Under the pieces are notes generated by a model, which did no database searches, was not told the DNA's origin, and was given only the letters and a program-made list of their open reading frames with translations. A stretch of 64,000 nucleotides of DNA from Okamejei kenojei (Eukaryota). The position numbers were made by a program, and so were the translations under genes. Each line of letters opens with the position of its first letter. Within the stretch, counting starts at the first letter, position 1. Below, in pieces: positions 1-13,375 of the stretch. The stretch spans positions 3,100,001-3,164,000 of the forward strand of contig CM069171.1 in assembly GCA_035221665.1 (NCBI GenBank), given 5' to 3'.

Positions 1-20
1 CCTAAGTGGGACAGGGGCAT
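1..20. mobile_element. Right terminal inverted repeat of a PIF/Harbinger-like MITE (truncated by window edge)
   Basis: aagtgggacaggggcat matches the TIR of the elements at 2538, 17328 and 55828; followed by TA. Confidence 0.55.
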
Positions 21-261
21 TAGGATACAAAGACAAGAATCCAATTCATGAATCGTGGAACAGACACCTCCATATTCTGCTTGCTGATCAGATCGCCACT
101 TCAGTAACAAATATTCAGCAGATGTAGATTCTAATCACTATGTGCGAGTCTGATCAATTCAACAGCTGACAAGTAGATACGGCTCTGGATGGCTCATTTT
201 CAGCCTGGACACAATAGGGTAATATTCATACCCAGCGGTATGAATATTGATTCGCTAACAT

Positions 262-580
262 CAAGTAACCCTTGCATCTCTTCTCTCTCCATCCCCTCCC
301 CCAACCAAGTCCTATTAGCTTCAAAGTCATCTTGTTGAGTCTCATTATCTGTGACTCGTTTTCACCGAGCCCCGAGCAAACATCGGCCCGTTTCTTTTAT
401 CATCGTTACGTTTTTGCATACCTTTCATCCATTTGTTTTATATCTCTCTATATCACTGTCTATAACTCTTGATTCCCTTTCCCCTGACTGTCTGAAGAAA
501 GCTCTCAACCCGAAATATCACCTATTCCTTTTCTCCAGGGAAGCTATCTGACCTGCTGAGATACTCCAGCTTTTCGTGTC
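262..580 (+). mobile_element. Penelope-like element terminal-repeat fragment with degenerate hammerhead motif
   Basis: Homologous to the region downstream of the GIY-YIG fragment at 3283-3830; contains ctgaagaaagctctcaacccgaaatatc (~492-520). Confidence 0.7.
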
Positions 581-1454
581 GCAAGAGGATAAAGATCTCT
601 TCTGCATTAAAACAAGGAATCGACCACTCACCAAAAATGAAGAATAAAGTGTTCTCCATATCGACTGGACTCTAAAAATAATTATAAAAGTAGGTTATAC
701 CCTTTCAAATGAAACAAAAGATTACATTGTGGTCACATTACTGAATCAGATAACAGGAGGTTCTGCAAAGCAGGACAGGACCAATCTGTGTCACCAGATG
801 TTACAACATCCAGTAATATCTGTCTCCCTTTCAGTGCATCACATTTTAGCTTCAACCTGCTAATATATTCAACTCTTTGCCATAAATGGCACATATATTC
901 CAAAATTTGTGCCCCATGTTCAAAGCAACACAAACAACAAAAACGCAGTGATTGTGAATCAATTGTATCAGTGTTCCAACTGGCTCCCATCCAGCTTTTC
1001 GCAGTCCATTGATGATGCCCTTGTTTAACACAGTCATGTCTCACACTGTAGTTCCCACGGCACATTTAAAAAAAAGTTAAAGTAATTTTATACTTTGAAA
1101 TACAGCAAAAAAAAAAGGGCGTGTTGTAGCGTACACAAAGATCACCTTGTGTCGTCCTAGCCTGAACAGGGACAGCGTCATATCAGTCTTGCATGTTACT
1201 GCTTGCAAATGGTTGACATTTAGAAGAAAATATCTGAAGGAATAGAACTGGGTTGTAGCTCTTAATCAGTTGCTCCGTGTTTAAGACAGAACTGCAGATG
1301 CAGGATAAAATCGTAGGTAGACAAAATTGCTGGAGATACTCAGCGGGTGAGACAGCATCTATGGAGAGAAGGAATAGGCGATGTTTCGGGTCCAGACCCT
1401 TGCAATAATATGCAGACTTTTACCATGCCCGTAAATATCCCCCCTACAGGATTC

Positions 1455-1676
1455 ATAGAAACATGGAAAATAGGTGCAGGAAGAGGCCATTCGGTTCTTC
1501 GAGCCAGCACCGCCATTCATTGTGATCATGACTAATCGTCCCCAATCAATAACCCGTGCCTGCCTTCTCCCCATATCCCTTGATTCCACTAGCCCCTAGA
1601 GCTCTATCTAACTCTCTCTTCGATCCATCCAGTGAATTGGCCTCCACTGCTCTCTGTGGCAGGGAATTCCACAGAT
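1455..1676 (-). mobile_element. CR1/HER1-type LINE 3' end
   Basis: Minus ORF LWNSLPQRAVEANSLDGSKRELDRAL followed by the family 3'UTR and tctatg-type tail. Confidence 0.85.
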
Positions 1677-2537
1677 TCCTGGGTTTCAGGAAGCACATGG
1701 CAAAGAGGTGGACAATCGAGTCAGATCCTGCATTGCTACCCACTTCCCTCAGCATGCAGTACTGCATCATTAATAACAGCGAACGTTCGAAGCAAAGTTA
1801 AATGGCAAGGACTCTTTAATGCAGCAAAAAACGCGCCTGATCTGCTTCTGACTGCCAGGAACAATAAAGGATGCAAGACACCATCAATTATCATCCCTCA
1901 ATAATTATGTAACAATTTAGATTCTAGTTTAAAAAAAAATCAAAAGTAACATTAGCACACATAGTCACAAGCTCTCAACGGATCAGTCAACCTAAAGGTT
2001 ACCTTGTTCTCTCGATAATTTACCCATATGATTTTTTTAAAAAGGCAAGATTATGATCCAAAACAGTATCAGCTGCAAGGATACTGTGCGAGATAGTGTC
2101 AGAGCATTGTACTAATTCCTCATTCAGAACAATAGTTCACACAAGTTCAGTGTTTACTTCGTGAGACAGTTTCGATGTCACAAAATTACAACACTCCCAA
2201 TAGTCAAATATTTGCGGCTGCACATTGCAATTGTTCACCCAGTTCTGGCAGGGCTCCGACAGAAAGATCAATACTCTGCACACTGCCCACACTGCACAGA
2301 AACTTCAGAGACTAGTGTGTGCTGTGTTTCTCAAAGAATTCAGTTTGTAGACAGTCCTCTCCAGCCACCCACACTGGACACTATTAAAATATTAAGGCAA
2401 CTGTGCTTCAAGGCAAGAATTCAAAGATTCTAAACTGGAGCTCACATGAAAAGCTTTTTTTTAAAAAAAAAAAGCTGAATCCCCAGTTAGTTTGCATGAC
2501 AATAACTATGCAAAGAGGCAGAATTCAGCCCTTAGAA

Positions 2538-2726
2538 AGGGCCTGTCCCACTTACACGATTGTTGCGGGGTGAAGCCTGCATGGCCATGAGCAGTCGCCC
2601 AAAGAGTCGTACCTTTTTCTGGTCGCCGCTGGATTTTCAACATATTGAAAATTTTCACCCACCTGCTGCGACTGACGGGTGCCGGCAGTTGCCGAAAAAA
2701 AAAAAAGCTAAATTGGGACTGGCCCT
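2538..2726. mobile_element. Non-autonomous PIF/Harbinger-like MITE
   Basis: TIRs agggcctgtcccactt / aattgggactggccct; internal palindrome ttttcaacatattgaaaa; same family as 17328-17525 in opposite orientation. Confidence 0.75.
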
Positions 2727-2883
2727 TTACAAAGCACAAGGCAACAAGGGGAGAGGACTGATCTCCTTTGCAGCAGTGAATCTGCAGCTGGGATTCATCC
2801 TTTAGTGGGGTCAATGAAGTGAAAAGGCATGGAACGGAGTCCGTGAACAGTCACATCAAAATCGCGTAGTCTCAGGTACTCAC

Positions 2884-3251
2884 ATTAATACTGATGCTGC
2901 GCTTATTCTGCCCTCGTGTTTAATGGGACATTTCCTTTCCTTTCTCTCTCGTGCCAGGCACTGGCAGAAACTGGAGAGATTAATGGCCACCAGCAAACAA
3001 GCAGACAAAGCCAGTCTGAAAAATAAATAGATATTTACAAACTGCTTTGAAAGAGCCTGGTTAATATCTGCAGGCAATCAAGAGGCAGGTTTTGTGCCAG
3101 TGCCTGAGCTCCCACCCACAAACTGAAGAACGGTCTCGGAGGAGATGACTGAAGCAGCAGATTTTCAATGAACTGCAAATGGGAAAAAAAGCTTTTAAAT
3201 GAAGGTAATAAACCAGAAAATAGCAGAAACACTCACCAAACCTGGCAGTAT
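2884..3251 (-). other. Non-repetitive block with a cluster of minus-strand splice signals (candidate 5'UTR exons / conserved element)
   Basis: Minus-strand acceptors tttctctttctgcag (exon from 3251), tttttttcccatttgcag (3172) and tatttatttttcag (3015); donors TTG|GTGAGT (3237) and AAT|GTGAGT (2884). Confidence 0.35.
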
Positions 3252-3282
3252 CTGCAGAAAGAGAAACCGACAATGTCGGAGC

Positions 3283-3830
3283 AAGGTTACACAAAAGGCT
3301 GGAGAAACTCAGCGGGTGCAGCAGCATCTAAGGAGCGAAGGAGATAGGCGATGTTTCGGGTCGAGACCCTTCTTCAGACTGGTCAGGGAAACGAGAGATA
3401 TAGACGGTGATGTGGAGAGATAAAGAACAATGAATGAAAGATATGCAAAAAAGTATCGATGATAAAGGGAACAAGCCATTGTAAGCGGTTTGTGGTGTGA
3501 AAATGAGAAGCTAGTGCTACTAGGGTGGGGGAGGGAGATAGAGATGGAGGAAATGCCAGGGCCCGAGGGCTGAGGGAGAGGTGGGAAGGGGAGGAGACAG
3601 CAAGGGTTAACAGAATTGAGAAAATTCAATGTTCAAGCCCAGAGGATGCAGACTCCCCAAGCGAAATATGAAGTGCTGTTCCTCCAACTTGGTGTTGCTC
3701 ACTCTGGCCGTGGAGGAGACCCAGGACCGAGAGGTCGGATACGGAATGGGAGGGGGAGTTGAAGTGCTGAGCCACCGGGAGGTCGGGTTGGTTATTGCGG
3801 ACCGAGTGGAGGTGTTCGGCGAAACGATCG
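3283..3830 (-). mobile_element. Penelope-like retroelement 3' fragment: GIY-YIG endonuclease C-terminus plus terminal repeat with hammerhead motif
   Basis: Minus translation DRFAEHLHSVRNNQPDLPVAQHFNSPSHSVSDLSVLGLL...(frameshift)...LEEQHFIFRLGSLHPLGLNIEFSQFC* (stop 3607-3609); ctgaagaagggtctcgacccgaaacatc at ~3350-3378. Confidence 0.85.
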
Positions 3831-5027
3831 TCGGAGCAAGGGACTGCTGTTGCTGGTTTACAAATAAGATCCAAACTGCTGGTGCAACTGACCGGATCAG
3901 GCAGCATCGTTTGAGAACATGGATAAACTCAGCAGGTTCAGCAGCATCCCAGGAGAATATGGATAGATAATGTTTCAGCCCAGGACCTTTATTGGTGTTA
4001 ATATGTCAGGTTGAGGCCCTTTCTATTTACATGTAGTTTGGATGGAAGGAGTTTGACCTAAAACTCAATTCTTTCCATAGATGCCTTACAAGCTCCTGAA
4101 TGTTTCGTGAAATTATATTTTTTCATTTTAGAAGTTTCCAAGAGATGGAGTTAGGAAATGTGCTAACTCCAACTGTTTTCCCCAATACCCATTGCCCCAA
4201 ATGCTCCTCTTTAATTGTGGGGTTAATAATTAAAATTGACATTTACATTTTAAAATTTACATTTTGAAATGAAATGGTATTTTATTCTACCGAGGCAAAA
4301 TTGAGATCCTTTGCAGGTTGGATATGAAATCAGAGGAGAGGTTTCTTCCATCCAACTAAACAATACTCTAGCGGAAGAGGTGAAGTCTAACACTCAGAGG
4401 TTTTTCAAAATACCCATAGGAAGGCAAGAGGAAGGTGGAGTGCTAGACTTAACCTCTGCCTCATCATGCATTGAACAATCCAAAGTCCCCTTTCGATATC
4501 ACCCAAAATAAGTAACAAAGATCGCACAATATGTTGGAGTAATTCAGTGGCTGGAGCGCTAGAGTAACTTCGTGGGTCAGGCAACATCTCTGGAGAACAT
4601 GGATAGGAGACATTTAGGGTCAGGAACTGGAGGGTCCCGATCAAATCACCCACCCATCCATGTTTAAGAAAGAACTGCAGATGCTGGTTTAAATTGAAGG
4701 TAGGCACAAAATGTTGGAGCAACTCAGCGGGTAAGGCAGCATCTCTGGAGAGAAGGAATGGACGATGTTTCGGATCGAGAGCCTTCTTCAGATTTCTCCA
4801 GTCTGAAGAGAGGTCTTGGAGAGAGACGTTAGGTGGAGTTGGAGACAGACATAGGAAAATGATAAGCAGGGACACAAAAGTAACTATAATTTGATAAATA
4901 AGGAGAAAGGCAATGGGAAGTAGTCTGAAGAAGGGTCCCAACCTGAAACTTCATCTATCCATTCTCCCCACAGATGCTGCTTGATCCACTGAGTTTCTCA
5001 AGCACATTGCATTCTACTAATAATTGG

Positions 5028-5230
5028 AACATAGAAAATAGCTGCAGGAGTAGGCCATTCAGCCCTTCGAGCCTGCACCGCCATTCAATATGATCATGGC
5101 TGATCATCCAACTCAGTATCCTGTACCTGCCTTCTCTCCATACCCGCAGATCCCTTTAGCCACAAGAGCCACATCCAACTCCCTCTTAAATATAGCCAAT
5201 GAACTGGCCTCAACTACAACTGTGGCAGAG
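5028..5230 (-). mobile_element. CR1/HER1-type LINE 3' end
   Basis: Reverse complement of the 3' end of the LINE at 43344-45490. Confidence 0.85.
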
Positions 5231-6589
5231 AACGATTAAGGGAAAGATGAAGGGCAGATAAGGGTGGGGTGACAGTGGTGGATGGTAGGAGGAGGGGGAC
5301 TGAAAAGGGAGGGGGATGAAACTGGGTGTTGGAGGGAGAGTGATATGGGAAAGAGGCAAACAAACAGGAGGATGGGATCAGAAAGAGAGTAGGGAATGCA
5401 GACGAGCCTACAATTAATATTCCATTGCAGCCAACTAGAAAAAACATTCCACCATTCAATGATCGTGTTTTTCTAAGCAGGCTAACGATTTCAATCATTA
5501 GGTTATTCCATATTGGACCAACAAAGGAGACATCTTGTTGATTGGCTGAGGTGAAGGGTTAATGGAAAAAAAACGGATGGGATTTCTGTTAAATAACACA
5601 GCTAATAATACAATTATGTTGGAGGTTAATGATGTTATGACAGCTAAGCATCTTATGCTTGATGGAGCATGCAGAATTTCGACCAAACAACTGTGCCTTC
5701 TGCTGCATCAGTCCAACAAAAGGGACTAAAGTCGTGATGAAAGCACCACACATTAAATCATCCACACATTCTTCCAGATGTCACCTTCTCTGTGCATAGT
5801 GCACCCTCAGCAGAACATAGCACCAGAAAGGGCACAACAAATACTTATCAAAGAAAAGATTTGTATAAACAGACTTCAGATGAATGTTGTGAATGAAGAT
5901 GTGAAAGGGCTAGGGGAAAGAAGCAGCTATTTTTCAAACCCAATTTACTGATACATGATGGAAACACAGAGTGCTGGAGGAACTCAGTAGTTCAGGCAGC
6001 ATCTGTGGGCAGAGAGGCACAGATGCATTTCAGGCCAAAAACCTCCTTCAGACTCAAGCAAAATGTCCTGTTGGTTACTAGACTGTTCCCAGCACAGAGC
6101 AGTTTGTAGTGGTGGCATTACACCACATTAGAAGGCATAGCCAGTCAGCCCATTAGTAGCACCATTAACACAAGAGGCAGAAGTCTACAGCGATGTTCGC
6201 GCTTCCCAGCATAACAAAACAACACCAGCATGTCCTTCAACGTAACTCCAAGAATCCCAACCCAAAACATCACCTATCCATGTTCTCCAGAGATGCTGCC
6301 GACTTACTGAGTTACTCCAGCACATGGTATCCAAATTTAAAAATCACCTCACCAATGGAGGCCATGCACTGAAAAGGGCAGCAAAAGTCTGAAAACAAAA
6401 TGCAGATCTTTCGTTCATGGTCTCAATAATATTATCTTACTCTCATCTGTTTTTGCTTCCCCCTCCAAGGGCTTGGGTTCTATTTTTTTGGTTCCTGATT
6501 TTTCTTCCTCTGTAATCCTCCACAGCAAGGTAACATTAAAAATAAAGCTTCTTTATTTTTTTTGTTACAAAAACGGCTTACGTCTGTAA

Positions 6590-7080
6590 TTTAAAGTTTC
6601 CACAGCCCGTCCAGCTGCTCAGTGTTGCAACTGATAACAGGTAGACTCCCCACACATACTTACTCAGCCTCCTACACCTATCCTTACGTGGTGACGGAGA
6701 AAAGACGCCTCATTTCAATGGCGGTCAACTGCACAATCTCTTTTGGAAAACCATTACATTTTTAATTAATTCATAACACAGCATTTCAGCCCTCCAATAA
6801 TTACTCAAAGAGCTATTTCATAATTAAACGACAGACTTTAAACCAGGCTAGCAGGATACGCCAAGAATAAAGCCACAATTATTAAACATGGATTGTACAA
6901 CTTAGCCAGGTCCTCCAGTGCGGAAAAATGTTAAACTATACTTAAATAAGCCACATGCTGAAGGCAAATTCTCATGCATAATTAACCAATGGCATAATGC
7001 CAAGGCAAATAACGCATCAGGGCAACATTTAGCATTTTAAAAATTGATTACAGCAAGTGTAGAACTGGGGATAAAAGTTC
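6590..7080. promoter_or_regulatory. Putative intronic conserved non-coding element / enhancer
   Basis: Repeat-free AT-rich block dense in TAAT/TAATTA homeobox cores and a POU-type atgcataatta (~6974). Conservation not verifiable here. Confidence 0.35.
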
Positions 7081-7319
7081 ACATCCTGCTAGCTTTATAG
7101 CAACCTGGCTGGAAGGTGTGTGGAGATTAGGCAAAGGGTAGATGACACTCAGATACATAGTCACTAATAAACTAAACAGTCCTGAACCCTACTCACCCCG
7201 AACCCACAGCAGACTCTACATGGCCTCACCTCAGACTTTTGTACCGCTCTCCTCCTCCTTTGGTTTGATGGCCACATTTACCATTATTTATTCAGTTTAA
7301 TTTAGTTTAGAGATAATAG

Positions 7320-7904
7320 ACAATAGACAATAGGTACAGGAGTAGGCCATTTAGCCCTACGAGTCAGCACCGCCATTCAATGTGATCATGGCTGATCATC
7401 CCCAATCAGTACCCGTTCCTGCCTTCTCCCCATACCCCCTGACTCCGCTATTTTTAAGAGCCCTATCTAGCTCTCTCTTGAAAGCATCCAGAGAATCCGC
7501 CTCCACCGCCCTCCAAGGCAGAGAATTCCACAGACTCACCACTCTCTGTGAGAAAAAGTGTTTCCTCGTCTCCGTTCTAAATGGCTTACTCCTTATTCTT
7601 AAACTGTGGCCCCTGGTTCTGGACTCCCCCAACATCGGGAACATGTTTCCTGCCTCTAGCATGTCCAAACCCTTAACAATCTTATATGTTTCAATGAGAT
7701 CCCCTCTCATCCTTCTAAACTCCAGAGTGTACAAGCCCAGCTGCTCCATTCTCTCAGCATACGACAGTCCCGCCATCACGGGAATTAACCTTGTAAACCT
7801 ACGCTGCACTCCCTCAATAGCAAGAATGTCCTTTCTCAAATTAGGGGAGCAAAACTGCACACAATACTCCAGGTGTGGTCTCACTAGGGCTCTGTACAAC
7901 TGCA
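7320..7904 (-). mobile_element. CR1/HER1-type LINE 3' fragment (ORF2 C-terminus)
   Basis: ORF 7396-7914: LYRALVRPHLEYCVQF..RRMRGDLIETYKI..LWNSLP; tail ctattgt repeats. Confidence 0.9.
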
Positions 7905-8165
7905 GATACAGCATGGAAACAAGCCGTTCAGCTCACCAAGTCCACGCCAGCAACAATCACCAGTACACTTGTTCTATGTTATCCCACTTTCACATCCTAT
8001 TCACTAGGGATAATTTACAGAAGCCAATTAACCTACTTGTCTGGAATGTGGACTGAAGCACCCTGAGAAAATCCACGTGGTCACAGTTAGAACGTGCAAA
8101 CTCCATACATACAGCACTCGCAGTCAGGATCAAACCTGGGTCTCTGGCACTGTAAGGCAACAACC
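7905..8165 (-). mobile_element. HE1-type V-SINE
   Basis: Reverse complement of SINE at 23251; tRNA-derived head and LINE-derived tail. Confidence 0.75.
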
Positions 8166-9604
8166 AATATGATCCTTCATTAATGCTGTTCACATCTGAG
8201 TTCAGGGGGTGACAAAACCAAAGTTAAAGAGAAGCCAGTCAATAATTCTTTAAAATAAAATAATTTCACTTAACAACTGACTCCCCTAATGATCTGAGGT
8301 GCCACCTAGGATTCTACTGTCCGGTTTAACAAGGTGCAATGAAACGATAGAAGTGGTTTGAATACCCAATTATGGCTGAAATCAATACAGACCTCTAAAA
8401 AGTGGTAAATACTTTCTGAATTGCCAATAAAAGTCAGCATGCTTAACACACAACTGACTTTCATGGCAATGGCAGAGTTAGCTTCATCTGCCCGAATTAG
8501 GTAGCTTTCCATGGTGTGGATGGTGGACATTTCAAGTCAATACTGGGTTCCACTTTAATAAACTTGCCCCGACTGCTTCACTCTTTGTGGAGTTCGGTAT
8601 CGCCACTGTGATGCATGGATAATATTGGAAATTAAACACATTAACTTTCTGCCATCTCAAGCATTCTCCAGAATCCAAACTGTTAGGGACAAAGTGGGAG
8701 CATCACACAATGTTGAGCAAAATACAAGTGCTGGAGTAACTCAACCAGTCTGAGAGTATCTGTGGAGGGAATAGATAGGCCATGTTCACGAAACACCCCT
8801 CCATGGATGTTGCCCGACTCCAGCACTGTGTTTTGCTCAAGGTTAATTTGCTCAAGCATTTGCAGTTCCTTGTATCATCACAATGTTGATACATTAAAGG
8901 TGTGCAAGGCAGATAAATACTTTTAAGACTTAAAACAATATTAGCCCTCATCATCTTGCTTTAAATCTGGTCAGAACGTGGAGCCACTAGCTAGCTGATA
9001 TCCAATGTGGTTTAGAATGTGTTTTGATAAACTCAAAAGATAAATTCATACAGGCATAACTTCCATTTCATAAAATCCATCACCTTGGCTCAGTGGAGTT
9101 GAAATGAAAAGAGAAGCAATAACAAAATGAAGCATGGCAGATTTATTTGCAAAAACCCTATTCCCAAGAAAATCCAACTCTGAAGAAATTAAAACTGAAG
9201 AGTTGGAGGGAATAAGGGCTGCAGGTAGGAGTGGAATGCAGCATCTTGGCCAGGGTGGGGTGGGCCTGATGCTGGCTGCCATTTTGAGGCAGCACCTCCT
9301 ACAGGTTCATTTGATGATGGGGATGTCAGTGTTCACGACTCTTTGTAATCTCCATCATTTCTAGGGGTTCGAGTTGTCGGAGGCATCTAGTCAATATACT
9401 CTCTACTGTACACCTGTGGAAGCTCGAGAATATTCGTCGGTATCCCAAATCTGCTCGATCTTCTAAAGAAATTCTCCTTATTCTTCACTATTGTGGAATT
9501 CAATAACCCCACCCTTCAAATGTCCTAATGACATGGCTTCCAAAAGCTTCTGGAAAGGGAATTACATTACCACAATCATTTATGTGAAAAAATATTCTTC
9601 ATCT

Positions 9605-9882
9605 TTAGTTTAGCGATACAGAATGAAAACAGGCCCTTTGGCCCACTGACTCCACATCGATCACCCATGCACCAGTTCTATCCTACTCACTAGGGACAAT
9701 TTTCAGAAGCTAATTAACTTTAAAAATTGCGCATCTTTGGAATGTGGGAGGAAACTGGGAGCACCTGGAAAAACCCACGCAGTCACAGGGCAAACGTGCA
9801 AACTCTGTACAGATAGCACCCATAATCAGAATCAAACCCAGGCCTCTGGCGCAGTAAGCCTGCAACTCCACTGCTGCGCCAC
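9605..9882 (-). mobile_element. HE1-type V-SINE
   Basis: Reverse complement of SINE consensus with (taaac)n tail and V-domain tttcctcccaca. Confidence 0.8.
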
Positions 9883-10764
9883 CCTCTATAGTTGTCCGCT
9901 TGGCCTGTGTCATTTAATTCTCGACATGACATATGGGTAAACATCCTCTCAGTGCCATCTTGCCATTTTACAATCTCATGTGCTTCACGGATACTGCCTA
10001 GTGGTTAAACACAGACAAATTACAACAAACAACATAACCTTCCATTCTCATGACTCTGGGCCAGAAATTAAAATTGAAAGCAATTTAACGGTTAGCCAGT
10101 TGAAATGGCAGTATAACAATGGAAAATGTGAAAGCCAGTACTAATAGATTGTTTAACATTCACTGTAGATTAGGTGTTATAAACAAAGTCATGCCAATGC
10201 CAACAGTATTTGATTCCAGTGAATCATTCAACAGATTAAACAGACATGTTTATGGAGACGGGGATCCTCGTTTCCTCTCCCAACCCCAAACAAAAATCAT
10301 TTTAATATTTTGCAACAGATTAACCCTTATATTGGGCTGTCTCAGGATACTATTTGTTAATTATATCCTTCATGTATTCTACAGTGATTGTCCTGCAGCA
10401 TGGAAACAGGCCCTTCAGCCCAACTTGTCCATGCCGACCAAGATGCCCCATCTACATTAGCCCCATTCACTCATGTTTAGCCCCCACCCTTCCATGTACC
10501 TGTCCAAGTGTCTTTCAACCACTGTTATTGTACTGACCTCAACTACTTCCTCTGTTACTGCAAGCTAAAAATACTAAAGGCTGTGTGTTACATTGTTCAA
10601 TAGAATATCAATAGAAGAGATCCTTATCAATTTCAACGGTGAAACTAGCAATTGCATTCTTAGGAGACAATGGTGTCTGATTATTGTGGAGATGTGTAGG
10701 TGGCAGATTGATTACATGGTAACACTTTCTTTTCCCCTGATCGACAAGGCTTTCAGCACATTGG

Positions 10765-11190
10765 CCGTCAACAGTTAGAGTATTGAGTATAGAAGTTCAA
10801 GTCAAGAGAGTTTATTGTCGTGTGTCCCTGATAGGACAATGAAATTCTTGCTTTGCTTCAGCACAACAGAACATAGAAGGCATGAATACAGATCAGTGTG
10901 TCCATATACCATTATATGAATATATACACACATGAATAAATAAACTGATAAAGTTGGGATGTTACATCACAGTTGTACAAGACATTGGTGCCACATTTGG
11001 AGTATTTTGTCAGTTTTAAACACCCTGCAATAGGAAAGTTGTTGTTCAGCTGGAAAGAGTGCAGAGAAGGTTTACAAGGCTGTTGCCAGGACTTGAGGGC
11101 CTGGGGTATCAGGAGAGGTTAGGTAAAACCCAAGCACAGGAGGCAGAGGGGTGAACTTACAGGTGTATAAGATCATGAGATGTATAACAT
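10765..11190 (+). mobile_element. Older CR1-type LINE fragment with nested short insertion
   Basis: Degenerate ccacatttggagtatt..ggaaagagtgcagagaaggtttacaagg; interrupted at ~10797-10950. Confidence 0.6.
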
Positions 11191-11859
11191 TCCCTCCCAC
11201 AAGTCAGCTCTCTTCTTAAGAATGGTCCTGATCTGAAACATCACCTCTCCATGTTCTCTATAAATGGTCTGCCTGTCAATTTCCAAAGCTAATTTTAAGT
11301 GGTTGTCTCGTTCCGGACATTGTAACACATTGGACTCCGTTATTTAATTTGACATTCATGTCATATCCAATTTGCTCTATGAAAACACGTGCTGTAGTGG
11401 AACTATCTGTGTTCATTAAAGTTCAGCAGGATGAGGGATATAAGCCAATGCTCTAACAGAGCATGAAGATTGGTCCCAACCTGAAACAGCACCTATCCAC
11501 TTTCTCCAGAAATGCTGCTTGACCTGCTGAGTTACTCCAGCACTTTTTTTTTTGTTTTTGTAAACCAGCATCTGCAGTTCCTGATGTCTAAAGTTCTAAC
11601 AGGTTAGACTAGATGCAGGAAGGACATACCTGATCACTGGAGTACTAGACTGTCACGATATGTTTAACCAGGTATTGGTCTTATAGACACAAGGAACTGC
11701 AGATATTGGGTCACCGAATAATGTTGAATTAACTCAGCGAATCAGGCAGCATTTCAGGAGGACCTGGATGGATGCGGTTGAGTTGAGACCCTTCTTCAGG
11801 CGGATTGTAGTAGAGGATCTTGTATAAGTGAGTTCAGCATTCCGACTGCGCATGCCCAG

Positions 11860-12439
11860 GTCAGAGGTCACTCGTGATAAATATTCTTGGCAACTGTGCC
11901 GCTGCATGTATACAGACCTGCGTTCATTCGTAGTCAGGATTGAACGCAGGTCTCAAGTGCAGTTGAATTGTTACTGGACCGTCCCCATCCCCTCCCCTCC
12001 CGAGTGTCCCATCCCTGTCCGAGGGTGGCCCGAGATGACCAGCCCACAGCAGTGGTGGCCCAGGCTTACAGCCAGCCTGGAGAAGAAGTGCTAACTCCGG
12101 CTCAACTCTGCCTGTCCTGCCGGGTTATCCGACAGCCCTGGACTGTCAGGACACCGGCCCGGAACAGTGGAGTTAGCGCTTCTTCTCCGCGCTGGCTGTA
12201 AGCCTGGGCCACCACTGCAAGGGGCCGGTGTCCCTTCAGTCCAGGGTCATCCCGGACATCTCCGGCCGCCCCCGGACAGTGATGGGACACTCAGGAGGGG
12301 CCGGGGACGGTCCAGTAGCAATTCAACAACGCTTGCAGCGCTGGAGACCCGGGATCGATCCCGACTACGGATGAAACGCAGGTCTGTATACATGCAGCCG
12401 CACAGCCGCCGAGAATGTTTATCGCGAGTGACCTTTGAC
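11860..12439. mobile_element. ~580-bp foldback (long imperfect palindrome) MITE-like element
   Basis: Arm 11860-12087 is the reverse complement of 12168-12439, e.g. gtcagaggtcactcgtgataaa / tttatcgcgagtgacctttgac and ggtggcccaggcttacagccagc / gctggctgtaagcctgggccacc. Confidence 0.8.
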
Positions 12440-12864
12440 AAATCCCATGATTCCTTGCGTTTTTCGGAATACCAAACTCACTTATTGTACTTCAGTGTTA
12501 TGAAAACAGATTGCACAACTCGATACTTTTATGAATTGCCATCTATCCACAGATGCTGCTTGACCTGCTAAGTGACTTTGCATTTTCGGTTTACAAATCT
12601 ATACCCAGGTTTCTGCTTAGAAAAGGCTTCATAAGGTTGTAAACTAGCTGTCATTTATTTTCTGCTACTACAAACTGCATTTTGGAAATACCAGGCATAT
12701 CATCAGCAGCCACCGAGGCGCCAGAAACTCCAGTTCACGAGGAGCAATTTTAGGCTGAACACCCTCTTTTAAAAGGACTGGATATTCAGGTTAAAAATAT
12801 GTGAACTGAGGTACCTTCATGGTTATACAAGTCACAGTGATCACATTTCAAACAAGAAATGTTA

Positions 12865-13065
12865 GGGCAGCACAGCAGCGCAGTGGTAGAGTTGCTGCCG
12901 TACAGCACCGGAGTCCAGGGTTCGATCCTCACTACGAGTGCTGTCTGTACGGAGTTTGTACGTTCTCCCAGTGACCTGCATGGGTTTTCTCCGGGTGCTC
13001 CGATTTCCCCTCTCACTCCAAAGACGTACAGGTTTGTAGGTTAATTGGCTTCTGCAATTTGTACC
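12865..13065 (+). mobile_element. HE1-type V-SINE (3' truncated)
   Basis: gcgcagtggtagag..ggttcgatcc (Pol III A/B boxes) and V-domain. Confidence 0.8.
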
Positions 13066-13375
13066 TAGTATGTGTGATGAAAGGGCTTAAAAGCTAGCCA
13101 CAGCAAAAAATATATTTTCACCATGTTTTGTTAAAAATGCTTCTCCTCAGATTCTCGCGTTACACATCCTAGTAACTTTCAGACTGAAGCCAATGGTCAC
13201 ATGTCAGCAGTCTGTGTCCCTATCAGAACTTCCAGCACAAAACAAATGTGGCTTGGGTTTGAAATGTTGTGAATGTTCTGGGACCAATTTAACCCAAAGG
13301 CCTAAAGAAATACACAACAGTAAGGTGAAAAAAAAAAAGACAGCAGCACTTAAATATAAGCAACTGAAAAGAGGA

